Positions 22,434-31,744 of a DNA stretch of 33,878 nucleotides are shown one piece after another. The stretch covers positions 1 to 33,878 of the forward strand of contig WJLK01000005.1 in NCBI GenBank assembly GCA_014728565.1. Reading direction: 5' to 3'. Numbering within the stretch: the stretch's first letter is position 1; every line of letters starts with the position of its first letter. Below the pieces are notes generated by a model that saw only the letters and a list, made by a program, of their open reading frames with translations, had not been told where the DNA came from and did not search any database. The position numbers and the translations under genes are program-made. Source of the DNA: Candidatus Pacearchaeota archaeon. GTDB taxonomy: Archaea; Nanobdellota; Nanobdellia; Pacearchaeales; GW2011-AR1.

Positions 22434-24266
22434 ATGAGAAAGAAAAGAGGATTAATCCTAATAGTTATATTATTGTTTTCAATATCAGTTATTATTGCAC
22501 AGGAAAATACTGATCCAATCGAAAAATCTTATTCTTGCTATGAAGAAAAATTAGGAAGTAACTGTGGAGGGAGTCAGAACACAGAACAGCTCTCCTTTAA
22601 TTTATTAGCAATGAGTTATGATGCTGATATCCAGTCTGACTGCCGCTCTGCACTGGAAAATAAGAAAAAACAGAGTTGTTGGGGACCTACAGTAAATAAC
22701 CCCTGTACAATAAAACATACAGCTTTAGCTATACTGGCACTGGATAATATAAAAATTAGCACTACTGAGTATGTTGACTGGCTCTTAAAAAATAGAAAGA
22801 CCGATATTGGTTTGACATGGTATCTTGAAATAGATGCAAATAATAAATCAGAATGTGAAATTAATGGAAATAAAATAATTCTTGGAGAGGATAAGAAAAT
22901 AACAGGAAATAATCCTCCTGGATTAAAAAAAGCTTACGGCAACTACTGGTTTGAGATAACTGATCTTAATAAGGTATATGAAATTTCATGCGATAGAGAT
23001 TTTATTACAACTCTCATTTATAGAAAACCAGGAAGCACAACTTTATATTTATCAAGTGAAACAAAATCTGGAGCAGCTCATGATTCAGTTGAAGAAAAAG
23101 TAGAATCTTACTGTTTTACAACATCAAGTGTATGCGATTATGAAGGAACCTTATGGGCAGCCTTAGCTGTTATGAGGACTGGAAACAAAGCATCACCTTA
23201 CATGCCTTATATAACTGCAATGTCTGAAGAAGCTTCAAATAAAAAATACATTCCTGAAGCATTTTTATATATTTTAACAAATGAGGATGATTATTATGCT
23301 AGATTAATGGAAAAACAAAAAAAAGGTCAGTACTGGGATGAAAGTGGAAATAAATTATATGATACAGCCCTATCTTTGCTATCCTTACAAGCAGTTAATA
23401 CACAAGAGGTTATCAATACTAGAGAGTATCTGATTTCAATAAGGGAAAATTCAGGATGCTGGAGTTCAAATACAGCATTTATTTTATACTCTGGATGGCC
23501 TAAAACTCCATTGCCTGGAGAGGAGGAATCTGATTTAGTAAGTTGCCAGGAATATGGTTATTACTGTACTTCCTATGCAGGATGTCCTCCTGAAAGAGTT
23601 TTGGATAATTTTTATTGCGATGATTTCAGCAAGGTATGTTGTGAGGTTCAGGAAGTTGAAGAAACCTGTCTTGAAAAAGGAGGTGTTGTATGTGCAGATG
23701 GAGAGGTATGCTCTACCTATACTGTAGAGGCTTCAGATACTGTTGATTGTTGTCTCGGAGTATGTGAAGAGCCAGTTCCTGAAGAAGAGTATAATGGTTG
23801 TGAGGAAGCAGGATATTTTTGCAAGGCTGAATGTTCTCCAAATCAGGAAGAAAGAAGTGGTCTGTCAAGAGAATGTGATTTTGATGAAAAATGCTGTGCA
23901 AATATTGTTCAGGAAGATAGCGGATCAGGATGGTTACTTATACTTCTCCTTATAATTTTGATAATTCTAGTTATAATAGCAATAATATTTAGAAATCAGT
24001 TAAAAGTCCTTTTATTTAAGAAAAAGAAGAAATATAAGGAGGGAGAGGGACCAGGACCTTCAAGAAGACCTCCAGGCCTTCCACCACCAAGATTTGGATC
24101 TAGACCTCTTCCTAGGATAGGACCTCCTAAAGTATCTAGAGTTCCTAGCAGACAGAGGCCAGGAAAACAACCTGCAAGAAGACCTGTAAAAAAAGAAAAA
24201 GAGGATAAAGACAAGGATAAGGAATTTGAAGAAACAATGAAAAGATTAAGGGATATTGGGAAATAA
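22434..24266 (+). CDS. Membrane-anchored surface protein: signal peptide, possible alpha/alpha-toroid repeat domain, three Cys modules, TM helix, Pro/Arg-rich cytoplasmic tail
   Basis: Signal MRKKRGLILIVILLFSISVIIAQ. HTALAILAL, GTLWAALAVM, YDTALSLLSLQ and GCWSSNTAFILYSGW are reminiscent of prenyltransferase/terpene-cyclase-like repeats (weak call). TM helix WLLILLLIILIILVIIAIIF; tail PSRRPPGLPPPRFGSRPLPRIGPPKVSRVPSRQRPGKQPARRP. Confidence 0.65.
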   Translation: MRKKRGLILIVILLFSISVIIAQENTDPIEKSYSCYEEKLGSNCGGSQNTEQLSFNLLAMSYDADIQSDCRSALENKKKQSCWGPTVNNPCTIKHTALAILALDNIKISTTEYVDWLLKNRKTDIGLTWYLEIDANNKSECEINGNKIILGEDKKITGNNPPGLKKAYGNYWFEITDLNKVYEISCDRDFITTLIYRKPGSTTLYLSSETKSGAAHDSVEEKVESYCFTTSSVCDYEGTLWAALAVMRTGNKASPYMPYITAMSEEASNKKYIPEAFLYILTNEDDYYARLMEKQKKGQYWDESGNKLYDTALSLLSLQAVNTQEVINTREYLISIRENSGCWSSNTAFILYSGWPKTPLPGEEESDLVSCQEYGYYCTSYAGCPPERVLDNFYCDDFSKVCCEVQEVEETCLEKGGVVCADGEVCSTYTVEASDTVDCCLGVCEEPVPEEEYNGCEEAGYFCKAECSPNQEERSGLSRECDFDEKCCANIVQEDSGSGWLLILLLIILIILVIIAIIFRNQLKVLLFKKKKKYKEGEGPGPSRRPPGLPPPRFGSRPLPRIGPPKVSRVPSRQRPGKQPARRPVKKEKEDKDKDKEFEETMKRLRDIGK

Positions 24267-24325
24267 ATTTTTCTTTTTTAAATAACCTCAGTTAACTTTA
24301 AAATATCTTTATTCTTAATTAGCTT

Positions 24326-25597
24326 ATGAAAAAGAGGGCGATATTAGTTTTATTAATTTTAATACCTTTTGTAAATGCTTTAGATGTAAACCTGTATAAA
24401 GGCGAATATTTTTCAGGTGAAACTCTCCAGGCAGAAATAAAAGGAAATTTCTTAAAACTTACATCTGAAAATGTCCTTATTTATGAAGAAGGTATTCCAA
24501 GACCAGAACCTGTCCAGTCTGATTTAATAAAATATCAGAACAGGTATTATTATTATGCACTTCTCCCTAATAAAAAAGGAAACTTCTCTTTAAGAATACA
24601 AAATGCAATATACACTGAATTCGGAGAACTAAAATCAGATGAAATAAAAAGATATTTTAAAATAATACCCTCTAATAAATCAGTTATATCAATAAATCCA
24701 GGTTTTGTGATTACAAATGATGATTTTTCAGTTGATGTTAGAAGTTTTTTTGGTGACTCCCAGGTAAATGCAAATTTTAATAATCAGACAAGAGACTTCT
24801 ATCTTATAGAGGATGTAGAAAAGAAGCTTAGTTTTTCAGTTGCAGGGATAAACAAGGATTCTAATGTCGATGTCAACGGATATTCTATTCCTGTTTTTAT
24901 ACTAAGTAAAACTGAAGAAATAAATGAGACTGTTGTTGAAAATCATACTGAGATAAAAAAACTGGAATTTCAACCAACTAATTTAACAGGAAAAATAATT
25001 CAGGGAAAGGAATATTTTTTTGAAATAGCTTTAATAAACAAAGGTGATAATCTTTCAAAAGTAGTGCTAAGCAATAATATGAATATAACAGTAATTCCTG
25101 ATTATTTTAGTTTTATTGAAAAAAACAAAACTCTTTTATTGAACTTAACAATACCTCCCAGCTACTCAAATGTAAGTGGAGAGATAACAGCACAAATTGA
25201 TAATAATAAATTTTCTATGCCTATTCTACTTGGAATAGTATCTCCTAATTTAACAAATGCAACGGAGGTAAATGAAACAACAAGCCTTATTAGTTGCTAT
25301 CATATAGGAATTATCTGTGACTATGATGAAATCTGCAATGGTTCTATTAAAGCTAGTTTAGAGGGTCCCTGCTGCATTGGAAATTGCATAGAGGAAGAAA
25401 AATCGAATTATTCCTGGATAGTGGGAGTTGTTCTTATTGCTATTATTTTAATAGCAGTTTACTTTTTCTACAGAAAATCAAAAAAATCGCAAAAACCAAA
25501 ATCTTCTAAGGAACTTTTAAAAGAAAAATCTGATTTATTCAAAGAGAGAATGAAAAAACCTGGAGAGCAGGTAACAGGAAGTTTAGGAAAAGTTTAA
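24326..25597 (+). CDS. Type I membrane surface glycoprotein candidate, 423 aa
   Basis: Signal MKKRAILVLLILIPFVNA. I count about 17 N-x-S/T sequons. Juxtamembrane Cys module CYHIGIICDYDEICNGS..GPCCIGNC, TM helix WIVGVVLIAIILIAVYFFY, basic tail. Confidence 0.65.
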   Translation: MKKRAILVLLILIPFVNALDVNLYKGEYFSGETLQAEIKGNFLKLTSENVLIYEEGIPRPEPVQSDLIKYQNRYYYYALLPNKKGNFSLRIQNAIYTEFGELKSDEIKRYFKIIPSNKSVISINPGFVITNDDFSVDVRSFFGDSQVNANFNNQTRDFYLIEDVEKKLSFSVAGINKDSNVDVNGYSIPVFILSKTEEINETVVENHTEIKKLEFQPTNLTGKIIQGKEYFFEIALINKGDNLSKVVLSNNMNITVIPDYFSFIEKNKTLLLNLTIPPSYSNVSGEITAQIDNNKFSMPILLGIVSPNLTNATEVNETTSLISCYHIGIICDYDEICNGSIKASLEGPCCIGNCIEEEKSNYSWIVGVVLIAIILIAVYFFYRKSKKSQKPKSSKELLKEKSDLFKERMKKPGEQVTGSLGKV

Positions 25598-25629
25598 TTC
25601 TTTTTACTGTCTTTTTTCTTTCTGGATTT

Positions 25630-26079
25630 TTATTCAGAATTTTTTTCTTTATCAGACTTATCAGTCATCTGGTTGATCTTGTTTATCAGCTGGTTTCTTT
25701 GCAGAGTCAATGCTTTTGCAATTTCATCATATTTATGAATTTTAATTGCAAGGTCTGAAAGAATAGCTGTTAGATCAAAATTAGTTGTTTTTAATTCAGA
25801 GGGTTCTGTTATTTCCACATTTGAAGGCAACATGTTCAATACAATTAAAAAAACAAGATTTAAATTATCAACTTCCACCTCAACTTCAGAAAAAGTCGTA
25901 AACATGTTCTCAACATTCTCTTTTTCAAGTAATTTTGGTTCATGAACTTTTTTCTCAAGAATTTTAACTCCTTCTTGTTTTCCTAAAGTATCTACAACTT
26001 TCTCAAGTGTTTCTTTAATATGTTCAGGAGGTCTTCCAAGTATCTCAAAAATAAATCTCGCTTTTATTTTATTTTTCAT
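25630..26079 (-). CDS. Hypothetical cytoplasmic protein, 149 aa
   Basis: Clean ORF with an ATG start, no signal or TM segment, and a coiled-coil-like C-terminus. I do not recognise a family. Confidence 0.5.
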   Translation of the reverse strand: MKNKIKARFIFEILGRPPEHIKETLEKVVDTLGKQEGVKILEKKVHEPKLLEKENVENMFTTFSEVEVEVDNLNLVFLIVLNMLPSNVEITEPSELKTTNFDLTAILSDLAIKIHKYDEIAKALTLQRNQLINKINQMTDKSDKEKNSE

Positions 26080-26103
26080 TTTTATTGAAATTAATTAGAC
26101 CTT

Positions 26104-27231
26104 TTAAAAATTTGTTTTTTTGAAAATTAACAATACTGCAATAGCAATACACAGTAAAGCAAAAAGATAAATCAGATATCTTTTTATTTTCTCGGTTTTA
26201 GTTTCATAAACTACCTGGGTTTTTATATCTTCTGATTTTTTACCTAGTCTGATAACATTTCCAGTTATCTTGTTTTCAGAATTAGCCATTAACTCTGCTC
26301 TTTTTTTTAGTTCATCTGGATTATTTAAATTAATATTTTCAAAATCCCTTTCTTCCTTATTCTTCTTATCATTTTCCTCCTCTTCTCTGTCATCATCAAG
26401 TTCTTCTTCAATCTCCTGATTTTCTAAAATTTCAATATCATCTTCTTCAACATATCCTGAGGGTCTTAGTTTAAGATAAATCTCTGCATCTCCCTCAAAA
26501 TCCCTATATTCTGGCCTTATTCTTAGAGTTATTTCTTCTTCATCTCTGGGACCGTTTAAAAATTCCTTTAAATAATATCTTCCACTTCTCCACTCATCAG
26601 ATTCATCACCATATCTATCAGAAATAACATCCCCATGCTCCTCAATCCATAACCTGACGTCATACTCTTCATCCTCTAGATTATAAATCTTTATCTCAAT
26701 ATCAAATTCTTCTCCATTTATTATTTCATCATCCCACTCTATTTCAGCATAAATTTCATCCTGACTTTCTTCCTCATTATCCTCTCCATCTTCCTCCTCA
26801 CTATCTTCAATTTCATCATTCTCCTCATTTTCATCCTTAGAATCTAAATTAATCTCCATGAACTCTGTAAAAACTCTAACATTATTATTGGAGTCTCTTG
26901 TTTTAATATCTGCATCAAGATTTTCAGAACAATTTTCAGTTATTTTTAGTTTAAAATCAGAATTATTATTAACAGAGATATCTATTGCATCATTTACATA
27001 ATACATTGTTGATTTCCAATTTCCATCAAAAATTCTCGCAACTCTCTCCCCACTGTCTTTTATATCAATTTTAATATCATAAACACCTAAATCAAAATTG
27101 TTAAGAGAAACAGTAATCTCAAATTCCTCTCCTATTTTTATATTACTAGGATAATTAAAATCAATATTTTCTTCAGCCATAACAAAGCCAGTACATAAAA
27201 GCATCAGCAATAAACAAGACCACTTTTTCAT
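26104..27231 (-). CDS. Highly acidic C-terminally anchored surface protein with an internal domain duplication, 375 aa
   Basis: Signal MKKWSCLLLMLLCTGFVMA. Two related segments, GEEFEITVSLNNFDLGVYDIKIDI and GEEFDIEIKIYNLEDEEYDVRLWI, plus long D/E runs. C-terminal TM helix YLIYLFALLCIAIAVLLIF. Confidence 0.6.
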   Translation of the reverse strand: MKKWSCLLLMLLCTGFVMAEENIDFNYPSNIKIGEEFEITVSLNNFDLGVYDIKIDIKDSGERVARIFDGNWKSTMYYVNDAIDISVNNNSDFKLKITENCSENLDADIKTRDSNNNVRVFTEFMEINLDSKDENEENDEIEDSEEEDGEDNEEESQDEIYAEIEWDDEIINGEEFDIEIKIYNLEDEEYDVRLWIEEHGDVISDRYGDESDEWRSGRYYLKEFLNGPRDEEEITLRIRPEYRDFEGDAEIYLKLRPSGYVEEDDIEILENQEIEEELDDDREEEENDKKNKEERDFENINLNNPDELKKRAELMANSENKITGNVIRLGKKSEDIKTQVVYETKTEKIKRYLIYLFALLCIAIAVLLIFKKTNF

Positions 27232-27263
27232 AATTTAATCAGATTATTAATCTTTTAAAAAGT

Positions 27264-27653
27264 TTATGCAAAGAACTGGCTGAATCTCCTTCCTTTTTTC
27301 CTTGCTGTCTCTATATTTACCATCCAATTTTTACCACACTCCTTTAAATATTTAGGATTAATAAAAAACCAACCTAGTCTGTCAAATCTCACTGCAATAA
27401 CAGGTTTTAATCCAAATATCTCTGAGAAAATCATGAAATTTTCTATCTGTTGTTTAGTTATATATTTAACAGGCTTCTTGCTGGCTTTAACTTCAACTGC
27501 ATATTTGCTTCCTTTTTTACCAGCAATTAAATCACAGTCAGAATTTTCCATTACTCCTGATCCAGCCACTCTTACAGCCCGGTAATTATTATCAATAAAT
27601 ATCTGCAATAATTCCCTCTCTGTTTTACTTCCTTTAGATTTGTTTTTTGGCAT
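27264..27653 (-). CDS. hjc: Holliday junction resolvase Hjc
   Basis: 129 aa with KGSKTERELLQIF, VRVAGSG, DLIAGKKGSKYAVEVKASKK (E-x-K nuclease core) and KPVIAVRF, matching the archaeal Hjc pattern. Confidence 0.85.
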   Translation of the reverse strand: MPKNKSKGSKTERELLQIFIDNNYRAVRVAGSGVMENSDCDLIAGKKGSKYAVEVKASKKPVKYITKQQIENFMIFSEIFGLKPVIAVRFDRLGWFFINPKYLKECGKNWMVNIETARKKGRRFSQFFA

Positions 27654-27747
27654 TTTGAACCTCTTTTCACAGTTTTAATTATTTAATAAAATAAAAAATG
27701 ATTATATAAATATCTTGTTATTATATCCTAATCCGATGCTATAACTC

Positions 27748-28179
27748 TCACTTCTTCAGCAACAGAACCAGACTACCAACAACACCAACTAGAAACAAAA
27801 TAGGACATACAATTACAGCAAGAATAAGGAAAAAAGCCTCATCTCCCCCTCTCCAGAAATTTTCACCAAACAGATAGATAAAAAAACCATAAATAAAATT
27901 ATGAAGAAGAACAAAAACCAAGAAACCTATGGCTGAAAATCCTGTTAATAAAAGATATATTTTTAATTTTCCCTTTATTTTTGATTTAAAGACAAATACT
28001 GTTAATAATATTCCAAAAATAAAAAATGCAATTACAAGAACAGCAGCAGCTGGAAACAAGGCTCTTTTTGTTGAAACTTCAGTAGGAACAACAAAATATA
28101 ACAAAAGTAAAACAAAAACTGTTAATAGAGTATAGAAGATTATTTCAATATTTTTTATATTTTTTTTAGATTTTTTCAT
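27748..28179 (-). CDS. Small integral membrane protein (about 4 TM helices)
   Basis: 143 aa, almost entirely hydrophobic segments. 4-nt overlap with the upstream PAC2-like gene. Confidence 0.55.
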   Translation of the reverse strand: MKKSKKNIKNIEIIFYTLLTVFVLLLLYFVVPTEVSTKRALFPAAAVLVIAFFIFGILLTVFVFKSKIKGKLKIYLLLTGFSAIGFLVFVLLHNFIYGFFIYLFGENFWRGGDEAFFLILAVIVCPILFLVGVVGSLVLLLKK

Positions 28180-28874
28180 CCTAGATAATCAGCTATTTTC
28201 TGATTACTCTGTTGAGATGTGTTGTTGAATTTTGTCATTAACTCTTTTAGCTTGTTTTCAACACCCTCAGCACTTTTTATTAAAGGTTTGTAATCAACTT
28301 TCAGCCCAAGATAGGAATCAAGAACTTTTATTATCTCTCCAGCAGCTCTTGAATCAGGTATAGAGGGATTAGCCTCTACAAAAATACAAGAGAGAGGAAT
28401 ATCTTTTGATTTCAAAAGCAATATTCCTGTAACACCCATAATAACTCCATTTTGAAGATTACTTAAATTAATGTCCTTTAGTTTGTCATTTTTTAGATTA
28501 GTGAAATAAAAGACTTTGTTTTTTCCTATTTTTCCACTTGCTATTCCCTCTAAACTTATTATTTCCTTAGCTTTTAGTTTCTTCATAAGTTCTATAATTG
28601 TTTCTGCTATCTCCCATTCAGCACCAGAAACATTGGTAAGAGCTCTTAAAACAACTATGTTGTTTTTCTTATCATAGTAAATCTCTATGGGATCAATTAT
28701 TTCATTATCATGTATTGCTACAAGAGGAGCTATTTTTTTTGAAAATATCCTTCCTACCTTTACTGCATTTAAATGTTTTATTAAAAATTCAGTTGCAATT
28801 GTACTTGCAAATCCAAATCCTGGAAATCCCTCAATTATTAGGGGATTTTTTATATCCTCTTTTATTTCTATCAT
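28176..28874 (-). CDS. PAC2-family (proteasome assembly chaperone-like, COG1938) protein
   Basis: 232 aa. The N-terminal LIIEGFPGFGFASTIATEFLIKHL and the overall length match the archaeal PAC2 family as I recall it. Confidence 0.6.
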   Translation of the reverse strand: MIEIKEDIKNPLIIEGFPGFGFASTIATEFLIKHLNAVKVGRIFSKKIAPLVAIHDNEIIDPIEIYYDKKNNIVVLRALTNVSGAEWEIAETIIELMKKLKAKEIISLEGIASGKIGKNKVFYFTNLKNDKLKDINLSNLQNGVIMGVTGILLLKSKDIPLSCIFVEANPSIPDSRAAGEIIKVLDSYLGLKVDYKPLIKSAEGVENKLKELMTKFNNTSQQSNQKIADYLG

Positions 28875-28905
28875 GTTTTTAAGAAATAAAGAGAGTTTAA
28901 AAAAC

Positions 28906-29487
28906 TTATTGTGATGTCCAATAATTTTTTATATTGATATAAACAACTGCAAAGACTGCTCCAAGAGTATTAGCAACAATATCCCACATTGTATTATAAT
29001 AACCTCCAACACCTGTTTCTGGAAGAATCAAAACAGCGATGAACTCTATTATCTCATTTAGAGAACCAATTCCCATTCCTATAAAAATAAGAAGAATTGA
29101 AACAATCAGGTTATCTTTTTTTGAATAAGATCTTAAAATCTGGTAAGCTATTAAAGTAACAAAAATATAACAGTAGAAATGAACAAACTGATCATATCTT
29201 AAAAAAGGTAGAAGCATCACTCCATATAGTCTTGTTCCATTAATATAAACAAGACCTCCTAACATGTGCATTAACCCCCAAATACTTATTCCAAGGAGAG
29301 TTCCTGTTGTGAATCGATATTTCAGATGCAGAAAACTAATCAATGCAATAAAGAAAATCAAAACTCCAATATATATCAAAAATTCATAATTCTTTCTTCC
29401 CAAATAAAGGAATGCTGATATCAGGGTGTATGCTATACTGAAAAAAAGTATAGCTAGCTGAGTTTTAGTCACCTTTTTCATTTTCAT
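28906..29487 (-). CDS. Integral membrane protein, YjdF/DUF2238-like (tentative)
   Basis: Multi-TM protein. YDQFVHFYCYIF and NEIIEFIAVLILPETGVGGYYNTMWDIVANTLGAV resemble conserved DUF2238 motifs. Confidence 0.45.
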   Translation of the reverse strand: MKMKKVTKTQLAILFFSIAYTLISAFLYLGRKNYEFLIYIGVLIFFIALISFLHLKYRFTTGTLLGISIWGLMHMLGGLVYINGTRLYGVMLLPFLRYDQFVHFYCYIFVTLIAYQILRSYSKKDNLIVSILLIFIGMGIGSLNEIIEFIAVLILPETGVGGYYNTMWDIVANTLGAVFAVVYINIKNYWTSQ

Positions 29488-29672
29488 AAATCTCTTGAAA
29501 ACAGAGTTCTTCTCTGATTTGCTTTAGCCCGATGAATAGCTCTTTTTAAATCATCTATTACTTTTTTTTCAAGAGCATCCTCTAATTCCTCAGCAACATT
29601 AGTGATTGTTCCTGATTCATCAAGTTCTTTTACAATCTTCCTTACTCTTGATTTATTAATAATGCTCGTCAT
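29484..29672 (-). CDS. Small histone-fold-like protein (DUF1931-like, tentative)
   Basis: 62 aa. The C-terminal AIHRAKANQRRTLFSRDL resembles the histone-fold ending A..A.H.gRKT....D. 4-nt overlap with the downstream gene. Confidence 0.4.
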   Translation of the reverse strand: MTSIINKSRVRKIVKELDESGTITNVAEELEDALEKKVIDDLKRAIHRAKANQRRTLFSRDL

Positions 29673-29674
29673 AT

Positions 29675-30259
29675 TTATTCTAAACCAACTTCCTCTTTTA
29701 TATCCTGAATAGCTCTAATTGCAATTTCAAAAAACTCATCAAGAGGCATTACACTTTCTATTTCTCTTATAATCTCTCTGTTGCAACCAGCTGCAAAAGT
29801 CTTATCCTTGAATTTCTTTTTTAATCCCTTTGCTTTCATATCACTTATTTTTCCTTCTCTCATAAGGGCGTATGCATGTATCAAGCCAGTCAGTGTTTCA
29901 GCAGCAGCTAAAATATGTTCAATTTCTTTTGTTCTTTTTTTATCTTTTAAACCAGCACATTCAAATCCACATCCATGAGAGACAATATTATCTATAAATT
30001 CCTGGTCAAAACCCTCCTCTTTTAAAATTTCAGGAGCTTTAGTAAGATGCTCAATAGTGTTATTTTTAGTTATTCCCCAGTCAACATCATGCAACAATCC
30101 CAACATTCCATAGTATTCCTTATCTCTTCCTAGTTTTTCTGCAACAGCTTTCATAATTGCCTCTGACTCCAGATAGTGATTCCAGTCAGATTTATCCTCT
30201 GATTTGTTGTATTTTTTCAATATCTCAATTGCCTGCTCTCTTGTTATCGGAATTGTCAT
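29675..30259 (-). CDS. HD-domain metal-dependent phosphohydrolase
   Basis: H..ESEAIMKAVAEKLG...GLLHDVDW contains the H...HD motif; about 190 aa, typical of the HDIG/COG2316 type. Confidence 0.7.
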   Translation of the reverse strand: MTIPITREQAIEILKKYNKSEDKSDWNHYLESEAIMKAVAEKLGRDKEYYGMLGLLHDVDWGITKNNTIEHLTKAPEILKEEGFDQEFIDNIVSHGCGFECAGLKDKKRTKEIEHILAAAETLTGLIHAYALMREGKISDMKAKGLKKKFKDKTFAAGCNREIIREIESVMPLDEFFEIAIRAIQDIKEEVGLE

Positions 30260-31743
30260 TTTTTCTTATCCTCAGGTTTCATAAAAGGAAATAAAATTAC
30301 ATCCTTTATACTGTCCTGACCAGTAAGCAACATAACCATTCTATCAATTCCTAATCCAAGGCCTCCTGTTGGAGGCATTCCAATCTCAATTGCATTTATA
30401 AAATCTTCATCAAGAGGATTTGCTTCTTCATCTCCTTTAGAAAGCATTTTTTGTTGTTCATCTAATAACTCTCTCTGTACAACAGGATCATTTAATTCAG
30501 TATAAGCATTTCCTAGTTCAGCACCCATGCAAAAAGGTTCAAATCTTTCAATTATTCTGCATAATTTATCCTCTCTATGAGTCTTACATAGAGGAGTAGT
30601 TACAAGAGGATGGTCAAGAATAAAAGTTGGTTGTTCTATTTTTTCCTCACAAAAATGCTCAAAAATCGCCTGCATATTCCAGCCCCAGCAGTCCTCTTTT
30701 GTCTCAATTCTGTTTTTCTTTACAAATTCACTTATCTCTTTATCACTCATCTTGCTTATATCAATTCCAGCATATTTTTTTATAGCTTCTTCCATGGTCA
30801 TTCTCTTCCAGGGTCTCTTGAAATCAATTGTCTTTCCTCTGAATTTGATTTTAGTAGAACCATTTACTTTTTTAGCAACATACTCATAAATCTCCTCAAA
30901 CAAATCCATCATATCATTATAATCTGAATAAGCAAGATAGATTTCCATCATTGTGAATTCAGGATTATGCCACCTATCTATTCCCTCATTTCTAAAATTT
31001 CTTGATATTGTAAATACTCTTTCATAACCTCCTACAATCAGTCTCTTTAAATAAAGTTCTGGTGAAATTGCAAGAAACAAATCAATATCCAATGTATTTA
31101 AACGAGTTTTAAAAGGTTTTGCATTTGCACCCCCATATACTGTCTGTAAAAAAGGGGTCTCAACCTCCATTATATTTTTCATTTTCATAAATTCTCTTAT
31201 AGCATTTATTATCTCTGTTCTTTTAATAAAAACTTCTTTAACTTCTGGATTCATAATTAAATCAAGATATCTTTTTCTGTATTTTTCTTCTTCATCTTTT
31301 AGACCATGCCATTTTTCTGGCAAAGGCCGGATTGATTTTGAAAGTATTTCAAGATTACTAACCATAACTGAAATTTCTCCAGCTTTTGTTTTCATAACTG
31401 TTCCCTCTGCTCCTACAAAATCACCTGTATCAATAAATTTCTTAAATAATTCAAAACTTTCAAGAGTTTTGCCTTTTTTTTCAAAAATTAACTGGATGTT
31501 TCCTTTACTATCCTGAATAGTGGAAAAAATTAATTTTCCAAGATTTCTTTTTGTCATAACTCTCCCTGCAATTACTGCTTTGCTGTTTGTTCTCTCATCA
31601 TTTTTTAACTTGCTGAATTTTCTTTTAATATTTTCAGAAAAATCTTTCTGATTGAACTTATGAGGATAGGGATTTATTCCTAAGCCTATTAGCTCTTTTA
31701 ATTTTCTTTTTCTCTCTGAAATCATCTGTTCATAACGTCCCAT
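30256..31743 (-). CDS. lysS: Lysyl-tRNA synthetase, class II
   Basis: 495 aa with an N-terminal OB domain, FRNEGIDRWHNPEFTMMEIY (motif 2 region) and GGLGLGIDRMVMLLTG (motif 3). Confidence 0.9.
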   Translation of the reverse strand: MGRYEQMISERKRKLKELIGLGINPYPHKFNQKDFSENIKRKFSKLKNDERTNSKAVIAGRVMTKRNLGKLIFSTIQDSKGNIQLIFEKKGKTLESFELFKKFIDTGDFVGAEGTVMKTKAGEISVMVSNLEILSKSIRPLPEKWHGLKDEEEKYRKRYLDLIMNPEVKEVFIKRTEIINAIREFMKMKNIMEVETPFLQTVYGGANAKPFKTRLNTLDIDLFLAISPELYLKRLIVGGYERVFTISRNFRNEGIDRWHNPEFTMMEIYLAYSDYNDMMDLFEEIYEYVAKKVNGSTKIKFRGKTIDFKRPWKRMTMEEAIKKYAGIDISKMSDKEISEFVKKNRIETKEDCWGWNMQAIFEHFCEEKIEQPTFILDHPLVTTPLCKTHREDKLCRIIERFEPFCMGAELGNAYTELNDPVVQRELLDEQQKMLSKGDEEANPLDEDFINAIEIGMPPTGGLGLGIDRMVMLLTGQDSIKDVILFPFMKPEDKKK

Positions 31744-31744
31744 T

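Noticed and set aside
23996-24214. 72-aa minus-strand ORF opposite the Pro/Arg-rich tail
   Set aside because: It is a shadow ORF kept open by the GC-rich proline codons of the plus-strand gene.
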